Origin: an uncultured Clostridia bacterium
GTDB lineage: Bacteria > Bacillota > Clostridia > Oscillospirales > CAG-272
DNA: 64,000 nt
Direction: 5' to 3'
NCBI GenBank assembly: GCA_947631765.1
Contig: CANRMP010000001.1
Location: 242,766-306,765 of the forward strand
A program made the translations under genes and the position numbers. The notes beneath the pieces are model-generated. The model was not told where the DNA came from, ran no database searches, and saw nothing but the letters and a program-made list of their open reading frames with translations. How positions within the stretch are numbered: the stretch's first letter is position 1; each line of letters begins with the position of its first letter. Of this stretch, positions 9,981-18,711 are shown in pieces.

Positions 9981-11969
9981 ATGAGCGGCGTAAAAAAAGT
10001 CAAAAAGAAAAAAACGCTCGGAATATTTCATGCCGCGGTAAATAATGCAACCGAGGCTGTTTACGGCTTTGTCAAAAAATCCTTTATCGGCAAGTTTTTC
10101 AGATCGGGAGATAAGCTTTCCGCTCTTGTTTCCGAGTCGCTTATTTTAAGTCTGCTTTTAAGGACAAGAACGTATATAAGAGAAAAGCTCAAACGCCGTC
10201 CTAAAAAGGTGATAGGCACCGAGGAGTTCGGACGGTCGGTCGGAATTTACAACGAGGCGTCCTTCAGACATCCGTTAAAGAACCGTATTATCGGTTCGGT
10301 CGAAAACAGCGTTGTTGTCGGCGCCTTTCGCTCTCTGGCATGGAAATTTGTCACGCTTCCCATGATGAGCGTCGGAATTTTCTTCATGGCGCTCGGAATA
10401 TCGGTGACGGCAACTCAGGCGATAACTCTGTTTCTTTCAGACAATCCGGTGTCGGAGATTTTGACCTTGGGGCAGGGAATAATCGTGCTTCTCTTTTCTC
10501 TTCCCGCGCTGACGACAAGGGATGAAAGTGTGTATAACTGTATGCGGGAAAGCCTGTTTGGCAGATTTATTATGTTTTCGGTCATGGGATGCAGCAGGGA
10601 AAAGCCGCAGACCGAAAAATCGGAAAATCAGTTCGGCTTTGTGCTTTTCTGCCTCGGATTTTTGCTCGGGCTTTTGTCGTTCAGGTTTTCGGTGCTCTCT
10701 ATTTTTCTTATAATACTTGTCGCAATATGCACGGTGAGAATATTTATTGTTCCAGAATTCGGCATACTTGTGCTTATGTTCTTTGCGCCGCTCTTTTCGC
10801 TTGCGGAAAATCCCCCGCTGCTGTGCTCTGTAACAGTTTTATATATTTCTATCTGCTTTTTCATTAAAGCAGTCGTCGGAAAAAGAAGCGTGAAATTCAC
10901 TTTTCTTGATTTTTGGGTTTTGCTTCTTGCCATTCTCATGCTTTCCTCGGCACAGTCTGCAAGGCTGTTTGGCGACAGCTTGTCAGCCTCGCTTATTAAC
11001 GTGTCTTTTATACTCGGTTATTTTGTCATAAAAAATACCGTGAGGTCAAAGAAGTGGTTTGACCGCTGTATAAACGCATTTCTTGCCTCGTCGCTTTACG
11101 TGGCGGTTATTGCGCTGTCTCAGGCGATAACGAATTTGAGCATGCACAATCAAAGCGTGTTTAATTCCGAGCACACTCTTGCATGGTACATGACGGCGGC
11201 GTTCATTGTTTCGATGTCAAAGGCACTGTCTGTGCCAAGGTACAGATTTCTGTATTTTTCGCTCATGGTTATAAACCTTGCAGCTCTCTTTGCAAGCGGC
11301 TCGATATTTGCCGCCCTGATACTTTCCGCGACGGTGGTTGTATTCTTTATGGTATATTCGCACAGGACAGTGGCTGTCATTTTGCTGCTTATATTGCTTA
11401 TCCCCGTTGTATCCTGTCTCGTAAGCGGCTCCGAGGTTTCAAGCTTTATATCATACGTCACCTATTCAGACGTTTCGCAGAGCTATAAGGTGGGAGTTTG
11501 GAGCGTCAGTCTCAAAATGATAAAGGACCATCTGTGGTTCGGGATAGGAATGGGCGAGGAGGTATTTCGCTCGGTATTCTCCTCATACACAAGCTCGGAA
11601 ATGCAGATTCCGAATAACAGCATGAGCCTGCTTCTTCAATTAATTCTTCAAATAGGACTGTTCGGACTGCTCTTTTTTGCCGCCGTGATTATTATTCTCT
11701 CAATCCAAACCTTCACGGTATATTGCAAGGCAGGAGCGGACAAGGAGTCAAGAACCTGCACGCTCGGGCTGTTTTTTGCAATAGCCGCGCTTTCGGTCGG
11801 AGGAATTTTCGTTTACGTGTGGGAGGAGGCGGCAATAAGCCTCACCTTCTGGACTCTGCTCGGACTTACCGAAGCGGTAAGGCAGATGGCGGAAAACAGC
11901 GCAAAACAGGAATACGACTATCTTGAGAGTATCTCAAGCGATATAACAATAGATTTTTTAGGCGCATAG
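9981..11969 (+). CDS. O-antigen ligase-like (Wzy_C) polytopic membrane protein
   Basis: 662 aa with more than 10 predicted TM segments. 'WFGIGMGEEVF...IPNNSMSLLLQLILQIGLFGL' resembles the Wzy_C loop (G.G.G...HNsyLq...G..G). SD GGAGGG upstream. Confidence 0.6.
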   Translation: MSGVKKVKKKKTLGIFHAAVNNATEAVYGFVKKSFIGKFFRSGDKLSALVSESLILSLLLRTRTYIREKLKRRPKKVIGTEEFGRSVGIYNEASFRHPLKNRIIGSVENSVVVGAFRSLAWKFVTLPMMSVGIFFMALGISVTATQAITLFLSDNPVSEILTLGQGIIVLLFSLPALTTRDESVYNCMRESLFGRFIMFSVMGCSREKPQTEKSENQFGFVLFCLGFLLGLLSFRFSVLSIFLIILVAICTVRIFIVPEFGILVLMFFAPLFSLAENPPLLCSVTVLYISICFFIKAVVGKRSVKFTFLDFWVLLLAILMLSSAQSARLFGDSLSASLINVSFILGYFVIKNTVRSKKWFDRCINAFLASSLYVAVIALSQAITNLSMHNQSVFNSEHTLAWYMTAAFIVSMSKALSVPRYRFLYFSLMVINLAALFASGSIFAALILSATVVVFFMVYSHRTVAVILLLILLIPVVSCLVSGSEVSSFISYVTYSDVSQSYKVGVWSVSLKMIKDHLWFGIGMGEEVFRSVFSSYTSSEMQIPNNSMSLLLQLILQIGLFGLLFFAAVIIILSIQTFTVYCKAGADKESRTCTLGLFFAIAALSVGGIFVYVWEEAAISLTFWTLLGLTEAVRQMAENSAKQEYDYLESISSDITIDFLGA

Positions 11970-12002
11970 TCGCATTATATTATTTTTGGAAGGATTCTGT
12001 AT

Positions 12003-12596
12003 ATGAAAAGCGAAGAAAACGCAAATGTAAAGCAGAATAGAAGAAAGCTTAATGCCATTGACATAGTTATTATCGTTATCGCTATATGCGGAATACTTGC
12101 CGTTGTGTTTTTCGCACTCATGATGCTTAGAGGCGACCCGGAAGAATCATCACAGGGCACAAAAAAAGAAAACGCCGGGGAGACCTTTGAGTACATTATA
12201 AAGCTGCCTAAATTAAACACGGAGCTTTATTCGATAACAAAAGGTGCGGACAACGTGGCGGGGTGTCCCTCGCTCCAAGTGGGAGACGCGGTTTACGAGA
12301 GGGAGAGCGGCAAATATATCGGCAAAATCACCTCGATATTATACGAGGAGCATGTCGAGCCCACAAACAAGTACGATGCTTCCGGCAGGCTGATATACGC
12401 AAACTACGTCGGATACGTCGACCTGCTTATAACTGTCGAAGCCGCCTCAAACGGTAAGGACGGTGCGCTTGCGATAAACGGGTATAACGTTAGAGCCGGA
12501 GCCGAGCTTTCATTCAGAACTTACGGATTTTACGGCGACGGCAAAATAACATATGTCGGCGAAAAGACCTCAAATAATGAGGAAGGAGGCGAGTGA
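12003..12596 (+). CDS. DUF4330-like membrane-anchored protein
   Basis: 197 aa. N-terminal 'RRKLNAIDIVIIVIAICGILAVVFFAL' anchor, then a beta-rich domain. Family recalled from memory. Confidence 0.5.
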   Translation: MKSEENANVKQNRRKLNAIDIVIIVIAICGILAVVFFALMMLRGDPEESSQGTKKENAGETFEYIIKLPKLNTELYSITKGADNVAGCPSLQVGDAVYERESGKYIGKITSILYEEHVEPTNKYDASGRLIYANYVGYVDLLITVEAASNGKDGALAINGYNVRAGAELSFRTYGFYGDGKITYVGEKTSNNEEGGE

Positions 12597-12598
12597 TA

Positions 12599-13075
12599 AT
12601 GAAGGAAAAAGCAAGAGCAAGATTTAATATTATCGATTTTCTTATAATTATCGCCGTGCTTGCCTCGCTCTTTGTGCTTATTTTCAGAAGCACGATAGTC
12701 GATTTTATAGGCAACGTAATAAACACCCAAGAGGCTGTCGTGACCGTAAGAGTGCAGGGAGTCGAAAGAGACAAGGTTGACATGCTAAAAACCGAGGACG
12801 TGCTGTACTGGAACGGAGAGCTTTTCGGAAGCGTCACCGAGATAAATATTTTGGAAAACAAACAGGTGGTACTAAACGAAAGCGGCGTTTCTCCGATTTT
12901 TGTCGAGACGACAGATCCCGAGCTATGCGACATAGAATGCCGTGTAAGCGTTAAGGGAGCGTTCTATGACGACGGCTTCCGCCTTGCGGGTTCCTACTTT
13001 TTAGGAGTCGGAAAAACAGTTGAGCTTTACACCGACGGCTTTTATTGTTCGGCAATAATCACGTCGATTGCCTAA
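12599..13075 (+). CDS. DUF4330-like membrane-anchored protein (paralogue)
   Basis: 'ARARFNIIDFLIIIAVLASLFVLIF' anchor. ATG 12599 lies 9 nt after SD GGAAGGAGG. The GTG at 12593 overlaps the upstream stop. Confidence 0.5.
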   Translation: MKEKARARFNIIDFLIIIAVLASLFVLIFRSTIVDFIGNVINTQEAVVTVRVQGVERDKVDMLKTEDVLYWNGELFGSVTEINILENKQVVLNESGVSPIFVETTDPELCDIECRVSVKGAFYDDGFRLAGSYFLGVGKTVELYTDGFYCSAIITSIA

Positions 13076-13099
13076 AAAAATATTTTTTTCACAAAAGTA

Positions 13100-13128
13100 T
13101 TGATTTTAAACTTGATATTTGATATAAT
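13100..13128 (+). promoter_or_regulatory. Sigma-A-type promoter candidate for ptsH
   Basis: TTGATT (13100-13105), 17-nt spacer, TATAAT (13123-13128), with TGa just upstream (extended -10). Confidence 0.5.
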
Positions 13129-13181
13129 ACACTATGTAAGAATTTTTAGATTTGAGAATTATTGATGAACGGAGTGTTGAT

Positions 13182-13445
13182 ATGATATCACGTGAAATAA
13201 CGGTAAAAAATTCCGTGGGGTTACATGCCAGACCTGCTACATTATTTATTCAGAAAGCAAATTCCTATAAGAGCTCTGTGCTTGTGGAAAAGGGCGAAAA
13301 AAGAGTGAATGCCAAGAGCCTTCTCGGTGTGCTTTATCTCGGAATCGATGAGGATATGTCAATAACCCTTATCGCCGATGGTCCCGACGAAGCAGAAGCC
13401 ATTGAAGGTCTTTGCGCACTTATTTCAGACGGGCTCACGGAATAA
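13182..13445 (+). CDS. ptsH: Phosphocarrier protein HPr
   Basis: 87 aa from ATG 13182 (SD GGAG upstream). His15 site 'GLHARPA' and Ser46 site 'NAKSLLGV'. No ptsI adjacent. Confidence 0.9.
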   Translation: MISREITVKNSVGLHARPATLFIQKANSYKSSVLVEKGEKRVNAKSLLGVLYLGIDEDMSITLIADGPDEAEAIEGLCALISDGLTE

Positions 13446-13502
13446 ATAAAAACGAAAGAGAGGCGGGCTGCTTAAAATAAGTAGTCTGCTTATTTTTGTA
13501 AT

Positions 13503-15350
13503 ATGGCAGAGGAAAAAACCTTAAAGGAACTAAGAGAAAAGGCAAACGCCCTTCCCGCCACACCCGGAGTATATATAATGTACAATTCTTCGGGCAAGAT
13601 AATATATATCGGGAAATCGAAGGCGCTTCATTTCAGGGTCTCGCAGTATTTTCAGGACAACGAGAAGAATGTCAAAACCGCGCGTATGGTATCTGAGGTT
13701 AGAAATTTCGATATCATGCTCACCGATACCGAGATTGAGGCGCTGGCGCTTGAAAACAAGCTTATAAAGCTTCATCAGCCAAAGTACAATATAAGGCTGA
13801 AGGATGCTAAAAACTACCCGTATATCAAAGCCGACGTTTGCAGTGAGTACCCCACCTTGACGGTAACGCGAAAGCGCGTTTCTGACGGGGCAAAGTATTT
13901 CGGACCGTATTCCGGCTCGGGAATAGCTTGGGGAATAGTCAAGACCGCGCAAAAAAGCTTCGGGCTTCCCACCTGCAAATACCGCTTTCCCGAAAATATA
14001 GGCAAGGTGCGTCCCTGCCTGTACAGCCATATAGGTCAGTGCTGTGCGCCCTGCTCGGGAAATGTTTCAAAAGAGGAATACAGGGAGAATTTTAACGAGG
14101 TTCTGACCTTTTTAAAGGGCTCCTTTTCAGAGACGAGAGACGAGCTTGAAAAAAAGATGAAATACGCCGCGTCAAACCTTATGTTCGAGGCGGCGGCAAT
14201 CTATCGGGACAGAATTAAGGTAATTGAAAACCTTTGGGAAAAGCAGAAGGTGGTCGGCGCTCCCGAGGAAGAGTTTGATGTGCTTGCTCTGCACACCGAC
14301 GAGGCGTGCGCCTGTCTTGCAATTTACTGCGTGCGCGACGGCGCGGTCATCGATTCGGATAATTTTATATTCGGCGCGGAACAAATTGTGGACGACGACA
14401 CGGTGTCCTCCTTTATTTTCGATTTGTATTCAAGAAGGGAGTATATCCCCAAAAGTCTGCTGCTCGGCTTTGAGCTCTCGGGTGACAACTGCAAGCTGCT
14501 CTCAAATTATCTTTCCGAGATCTCGGGAAGGCGGATATATTTAAAGCGACCTCTAAAGGGAGCGGGAAAAAAGCTTTGCGAGATGGTCGAGGAAAACGCG
14601 GCGCTTCACGCAAGGCAGTATGTGCAAGAAAACGAAAAGGACTCGGCGGTTTTAATAAAGCTTGCAACGCTTGCTTGTCTTGAGGTGGTGCCCGAAAATA
14701 TCGAGTCTGTCGATATATCAAACTACGGCTCGGACAATATCACGGCGGGTCTTATCAGCATTGTTAACGGAAGATTCAATAAAAGCGGGTACAGAGTGTA
14801 TAAAATAAAGGGCACCGAGGGGCAGGACGATTACGGCGCAATGTGCGAGGCGCTGACGCGCAGAGTGTCGCACGCTACTGAAAATCCGCTTCCCGATTTG
14901 TTTCTGCTTGACGGAGGCAAAGGGCATGTGCTGACGGTCAGAGAGCTTTTTAAAACGCTCGGAGTAAATGTTCCGGTTTTGGGAATGGTTAAGGACGAGC
15001 ACCACAAAACAAGAACGCTTACCGACGGGGAGCGCGAGATAAGCATCACAAGAGAGCAGTCGGTTTTTGTGTTTATATACAAAATCCAGGAGGAGGTTCA
15101 CCGTTTTGCCATTTCAAGAATGAAAAAGGCAAAGGAAAAGACTCTAAAGCATTCTTCTCTTGAAAAGATAAGCGGAATAGGTCAGAAAAAGGCAATACTG
15201 CTGCTTTCGAAATTCGGCAATTTGAGCGCGATTAAGAACGCAGAGGTCGAGATCCTTTCCGAGGTCAAGGGTATTTCAAGGCGTGATGCGGAGAATATAT
15301 ACAGCTATTACCACAACGAAAATGAAAAACAGGGGAAAATTCAAAAATGA
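13503..15350 (+). CDS. uvrC: Excinuclease ABC subunit C
   Basis: 615 aa. GIY-YIG 'GVYIMYNSSGKIIYIGKS', UVR domain, C-terminal RNase H-like/HhH region. Confidence 0.95.
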   Translation: MAEEKTLKELREKANALPATPGVYIMYNSSGKIIYIGKSKALHFRVSQYFQDNEKNVKTARMVSEVRNFDIMLTDTEIEALALENKLIKLHQPKYNIRLKDAKNYPYIKADVCSEYPTLTVTRKRVSDGAKYFGPYSGSGIAWGIVKTAQKSFGLPTCKYRFPENIGKVRPCLYSHIGQCCAPCSGNVSKEEYRENFNEVLTFLKGSFSETRDELEKKMKYAASNLMFEAAAIYRDRIKVIENLWEKQKVVGAPEEEFDVLALHTDEACACLAIYCVRDGAVIDSDNFIFGAEQIVDDDTVSSFIFDLYSRREYIPKSLLLGFELSGDNCKLLSNYLSEISGRRIYLKRPLKGAGKKLCEMVEENAALHARQYVQENEKDSAVLIKLATLACLEVVPENIESVDISNYGSDNITAGLISIVNGRFNKSGYRVYKIKGTEGQDDYGAMCEALTRRVSHATENPLPDLFLLDGGKGHVLTVRELFKTLGVNVPVLGMVKDEHHKTRTLTDGEREISITREQSVFVFIYKIQEEVHRFAISRMKKAKEKTLKHSSLEKISGIGQKKAILLLSKFGNLSAIKNAEVEILSEVKGISRRDAENIYSYYHNENEKQGKIQK

Positions 15351-15931
15351 GAATAATAACCGGAAGCGCCAGGGGCGCAAAGCTTGAAACTCTTGAAGGC
15401 AGTGATATAACAAGACCCACCGCAGAGAGAGTAAAAGAAGCGGTTTTTTCAATGATACAGTTTGATATCGAGGGGCGAAGAGTGCTTGACGTTTTTGCCG
15501 GCTCGGGTCAGCTGGCGCTCGAAGCGCTCTCAAGGGGCGCGGACTTTGCCGTCATATGCGATATTGACAAGAGAGCCACCGAAATAATTAAAAGAAACGC
15601 TCAAAAAACCAAGCTTTTTGACAAAACAAGAATTTTGACAACAGACTTTTCAAATCTTATAAGAGGGCTTGCGGGAAGGGAAAAATTTGATATAGTGTTC
15701 CTTGACCCGCCTTATCAAAGCACGCTTGTTGAAGACGCGCTTTCACTGATTATGAGGAACGACATACTAAACGACAACGCGCTTGTAATATGCGAGAGCG
15801 ATAAAAAAGAGCCGTTTTGCCATAAAGGGCTTATAAACAAGCGGTTTTACAAATACGGAAGGGTGTTTATAACTCTGCTTATGAAAGGAAGTGACCTGTA
15901 TGAAGAGAGCCATGATAACGGGCAGCTTTGA
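15347..15931 (+). CDS. rsmD: 16S rRNA (guanine966-N2)-methyltransferase RsmD
   Basis: 'MRIITGSARG..L......RPT' N-terminus, SAM motif 'VLDVFAGSG', 'FLDPPY'. The ATGA overlaps the uvrC stop. Confidence 0.85.
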   Translation: MRIITGSARGAKLETLEGSDITRPTAERVKEAVFSMIQFDIEGRRVLDVFAGSGQLALEALSRGADFAVICDIDKRATEIIKRNAQKTKLFDKTRILTTDFSNLIRGLAGREKFDIVFLDPPYQSTLVEDALSLIMRNDILNDNALVICESDKKEPFCHKGLINKRFYKYGRVFITLLMKGSDLYEESHDNGQL

Positions 15932-16376
15932 CCCGCCGACAAGGGGACATCTTGATATTATAACACGAAGCGCCTCTCTTTTTGACGAGGTTGTTGTCTG
16001 TCTGTGCGTTAACAGCGAGAAAAAATATATGTTTTCGCTTGAAAAAAGAAAAGAGATGCTAAATGCGATGTGCCGCCCGTTTAAGAATGTAAGAGTTGAC
16101 AGTACGGACGGGCTTGTGGCGTCTTATGCACGCGACAGTAAGGTTGACGTTATAATCAAGGGCGCAAGAAACGGCTCGGACTTCGAATACGAAAAAATGC
16201 TTCGCAGCGTCAATATGTCTGTGTATCCTGTTGACACGCTGATACTGCCCACGCGACCGGAGCTTGAACATATCTCCTCGCTCACGGCAAGAGAGATGAT
16301 AAAGCATAAAGCTCCGCTCTCCGATTATCTGACCCCCGAGGTAATATCTCTTATTTACGACGGCGCTTTGGCATAA
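15900..16376 (+). CDS. coaD: Phosphopantetheine adenylyltransferase
   Basis: 'MKRAMITGSFDPPTRGHLDII' (T/HxGH motif). ATG 15900 lies 9 nt after AAAGGAAG and overlaps the rsmD 3' end. Confidence 0.93.
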   Translation: MKRAMITGSFDPPTRGHLDIITRSASLFDEVVVCLCVNSEKKYMFSLEKRKEMLNAMCRPFKNVRVDSTDGLVASYARDSKVDVIIKGARNGSDFEYEKMLRSVNMSVYPVDTLILPTRPELEHISSLTAREMIKHKAPLSDYLTPEVISLIYDGALA

Positions 16377-16410
16377 AACGATTTTTATTAACGTTATATA
16401 CTGAAAAAAA

Positions 16411-16443
16411 GTACACACATTATCGCTTCGTGTGTACTTTTTT
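16411..16443 (+). terminator. Rho-independent terminator after coaD
   Basis: GTACACAC (16411-16418) / GTGTGTAC (16430-16437) with an 11-nt loop, followed by TTTTTT. An A-run lies upstream. Confidence 0.8.
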
Positions 16444-16569
16444 ATTGCTTTTAGCGGAAATTAATAGCAAAAGAGAACAAAAATTCAGAATGCCTTGAAT
16501 TGATGTAAAAATGTGTTTTGAGATGGTGAAAAAAATATAATATCCTCATAATTGCTTATACGATTCCAC

Positions 16570-16598
16570 TTGCATTAAGCAAAAAAGGGTTATATAAT
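16570..16598 (+). promoter_or_regulatory. Sigma-A-type promoter candidate of the dcw cluster (Pmra)
   Basis: TTGCAT (16570-16575), 17-nt spacer, TATAAT (16593-16598), about 40 nt upstream of the mraZ GTG. Confidence 0.55.
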
Positions 16599-16640
16599 GA
16601 TTGCGGTGGCTTGATTATGAGCGAAAGGGAGGGAAATGCC

Positions 16641-17060
16641 GTGAGAGGAAGCCAAAGACATACCATTGACGCCAAAAACAGGCTCTTCGTGCCGGCAAAG
16701 TACCGTGAAGAGCTCGGAACCAAGATAGTTGTCACCAAAAGCCTTACCTCAAAGTGCATAAGAATATACAGTCTTGAAAACTGGAAGCTCTTTGAAGAGA
16801 AAATCAGCACTCTGCCCGAGATGGCGTCCTATGAGGTTATATCATGGCTTTACGCCAATTCCGAGGATATGGAGATTGACGCCCAAGGAAGGTTAGCGCT
16901 CCCCGTTCAGTATCTTGATTATGCCGGCATCACAAAAAACATAGTGAGCGCCGGAGTCAAGGACCACATGGAAATATGGGACGAGGAGACATTCGACAAT
17001 AAGATGGAAAACACAAATGTGGACGAGCTTAGGAATTTCCTTATTGCTCACGGACTGTAA
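16641..17060 (+). CDS. mraZ: Transcriptional regulator MraZ
   Basis: '[17 protein letters not shown]' and a second '[10 protein letters not shown]' half (duplicated SpoVT-AbrB/MraZ motif). GTG 16641 lies 7 nt after GGGAGGG (the track ORF starts 30 nt earlier). Confidence 0.9.
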   Translation: MRGSQRHTIDAKNRLFVPAKYREELGTKIVVTKSLTSKCIRIYSLENWKLFEEKISTLPEMASYEVISWLYANSEDMEIDAQGRLALPVQYLDYAGITKNIVSAGVKDHMEIWDEETFDNKMENTNVDELRNFLIAHGL

Positions 17061-17080
17061 ATTACGGCAAGGAAAAGAAA

Positions 17081-18016
17081 ATGGCGACTGTGTTTGACCA
17101 TTACTCGGTAATGCTCGGCGAGTGCATTGAAGGGCTTAATATATCGGACGGTTATTACGTTGACTGCACCGCGGGAGGCGGCGGTCATTCTCTTGAGATA
17201 GTCAAAAGAATAAAAAACGGTAAGCTTGTGGCAATTGACCGGGACATAACGGCAATAAACGCCGTAAAAGAGCGGCTTTGCGAATACGCGGACAAGCTTA
17301 TAACCGTAAAGGATAATTTTTATAACGTCGGGGATATATTAAATTCTCTGGGTATCGACAAAATAAGGGGCGCGCTTATCGACCTCGGAGTGTCCTCATA
17401 TCAGCTTGACACAGCCGAGCGCGGCTTTTCCTATATGCATGACGCGCCGCTTGATATGAGAATGGACAAGGACTCAAAGCTTACCGCTTTTGAAGTTGTG
17501 AACGGCTATTCGGAAGCAGAACTCAAACGTATTCTTCGAGATTACGGAGAAGAGAGCTTTGCCCCTCAAATTGCCTCCAAAATAGTGAAGAGAAGAGAAG
17601 AGAGCCCGATAAAAACGACCTTCGAGCTTGTCGAGGTGATAAAATCCGCCATGCCGGCAAAAGCCAAAAACGGCGGTCATCATCCCTGCAAAAGAAGCTT
17701 TCAGGCAATTCGCATTGAGGTCAACGACGAGTTAAATGTCATAGAGCCTACAATTCGTCGCCTTGTGGACAAGCTTGAAGCGGGCGGAAGACTTGCGGTC
17801 ATAACCTTCCATTCGCTGGAGGACAGAATTGTCAAACAGACCTTTAACAGCCTTGCGCAGGGGTGCGTTTGTCCGCCGAGCTTTCCGGTCTGCGTTTGCG
17901 GAAGAAAGCCACAGATAAGACAAGTAAACAAAAAGCCGACTCTTCCGAGCGAAAAGGAGCTTGAGGAGAATCCGAGATCGAGAAGCGCCAAGCTGCGCGT
18001 TATTGAAAAGCTGTAA
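17081..18016 (+). CDS. rsmH: 16S rRNA (cytosine1402-N4)-methyltransferase RsmH
   Basis: 'HYSVML.E......[12 protein letters not shown]' and '[10 protein letters not shown]' motifs. 311 aa. Confidence 0.95.
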   Translation: MATVFDHYSVMLGECIEGLNISDGYYVDCTAGGGGHSLEIVKRIKNGKLVAIDRDITAINAVKERLCEYADKLITVKDNFYNVGDILNSLGIDKIRGALIDLGVSSYQLDTAERGFSYMHDAPLDMRMDKDSKLTAFEVVNGYSEAELKRILRDYGEESFAPQIASKIVKRREESPIKTTFELVEVIKSAMPAKAKNGGHHPCKRSFQAIRIEVNDELNVIEPTIRRLVDKLEAGGRLAVITFHSLEDRIVKQTFNSLAQGCVCPPSFPVCVCGRKPQIRQVNKKPTLPSEKELEENPRSRSAKLRVIEKL

Positions 18017-18078
18017 TACAGCAAAAAAGCAGTCGTTTTTTAAGCAAAATAAACAGAAAGAAAGGAACGGCAATAAAA

Positions 18079-18624
18079 ATGAAACAAAACGGTGAACGCG
18101 AAAATACCGAGAAAAGAATAAATATTTCAAAAGCTTCGGATGTAAATAAGCCCGCAAAAACCGCAAAGGCACACGCCGAACGCAAAAAGACAAAAGTGAA
18201 AACGCTTACCGTGAAATCCGGCAGTAAAAAGCCGTTTCCCTTCGGGCTTGTGTTTATTTTGCTGATTTTTACTGTTCTGCTTATGATGTGCGTCAGCAAC
18301 TATGTGACGCTTAACGAATATACAAGGGACGTCTCTGAGCTTCGAGCCGAGCTTGACGAGCTAAAGACCGAGGAAAAGAAGCTTAACGCGGAGCTTGAGA
18401 GAAAATACGACCTTGTGGAGCTTGATAAATACGCGAAGGAAGAGCTCGGGCTTGTCGGGGCGGGAGACGTCGTGAATAAGAAATACATCGAGGTCGGCGA
18501 CGACGAGAAAATAGAGGTCTATGAGACCGAAGAAGAGGGAACAGTGGGCGCTATCACAAATGCTCTTTTCGCACTTGCGGATAATTTGTTGAAGTCTTGG
18601 AATAATTTACTCGGGAATGAATAA
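18079..18624 (+). CDS. ftsL: FtsL/DivIC-type cell division protein
   Basis: Lys-rich N-terminus, single TM (FGLVFILLIFTVLLMMCV), coiled coil (ELRAELDELKTEEKKLNAELE). Canonical position between rsmH and the PBP gene. Confidence 0.6.
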   Translation: MKQNGERENTEKRINISKASDVNKPAKTAKAHAERKKTKVKTLTVKSGSKKPFPFGLVFILLIFTVLLMMCVSNYVTLNEYTRDVSELRAELDELKTEEKKLNAELERKYDLVELDKYAKEELGLVGAGDVVNKKYIEVGDDEKIEVYETEEEGTVGAITNALFALADNLLKSWNNLLGNE

Positions 18625-18631
18625 AAATGTA

Positions 18632-18660
18632 TTGATTATTTTGAGAGTAGGAGGTATAAT
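18632..18660 (+). promoter_or_regulatory. Internal sigma-A-type promoter candidate upstream of the PBP gene
   Basis: TTGATT (18632-18637), 17-nt spacer, TATAAT (18655-18660). Confidence 0.5.
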
Positions 18661-18680
18661 TATCTCATACTCTCAATTTT
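18641..18680 (+). terminator. Hairpin plus U-run (attenuator/terminator candidate) between ftsL and the PBP gene
   Basis: TTGAGAGTA (18641-18649) / TACTCTCAA (18668-18676), 18-nt loop, then TTTT. The 5' arm lies inside the spacer of the promoter above. Confidence 0.4.
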
Positions 18681-18711
18681 GCTAAAGCAATACGCTTAAA
18701 GGTGATACAAA

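Noticed and set aside
13152-13181. The TTG-initiated 10-codon extension of HPr
   Set aside because: HPr proteins are ~88 aa with His15. ATG 13182 restores the canonical numbering and has a GGAG SD.
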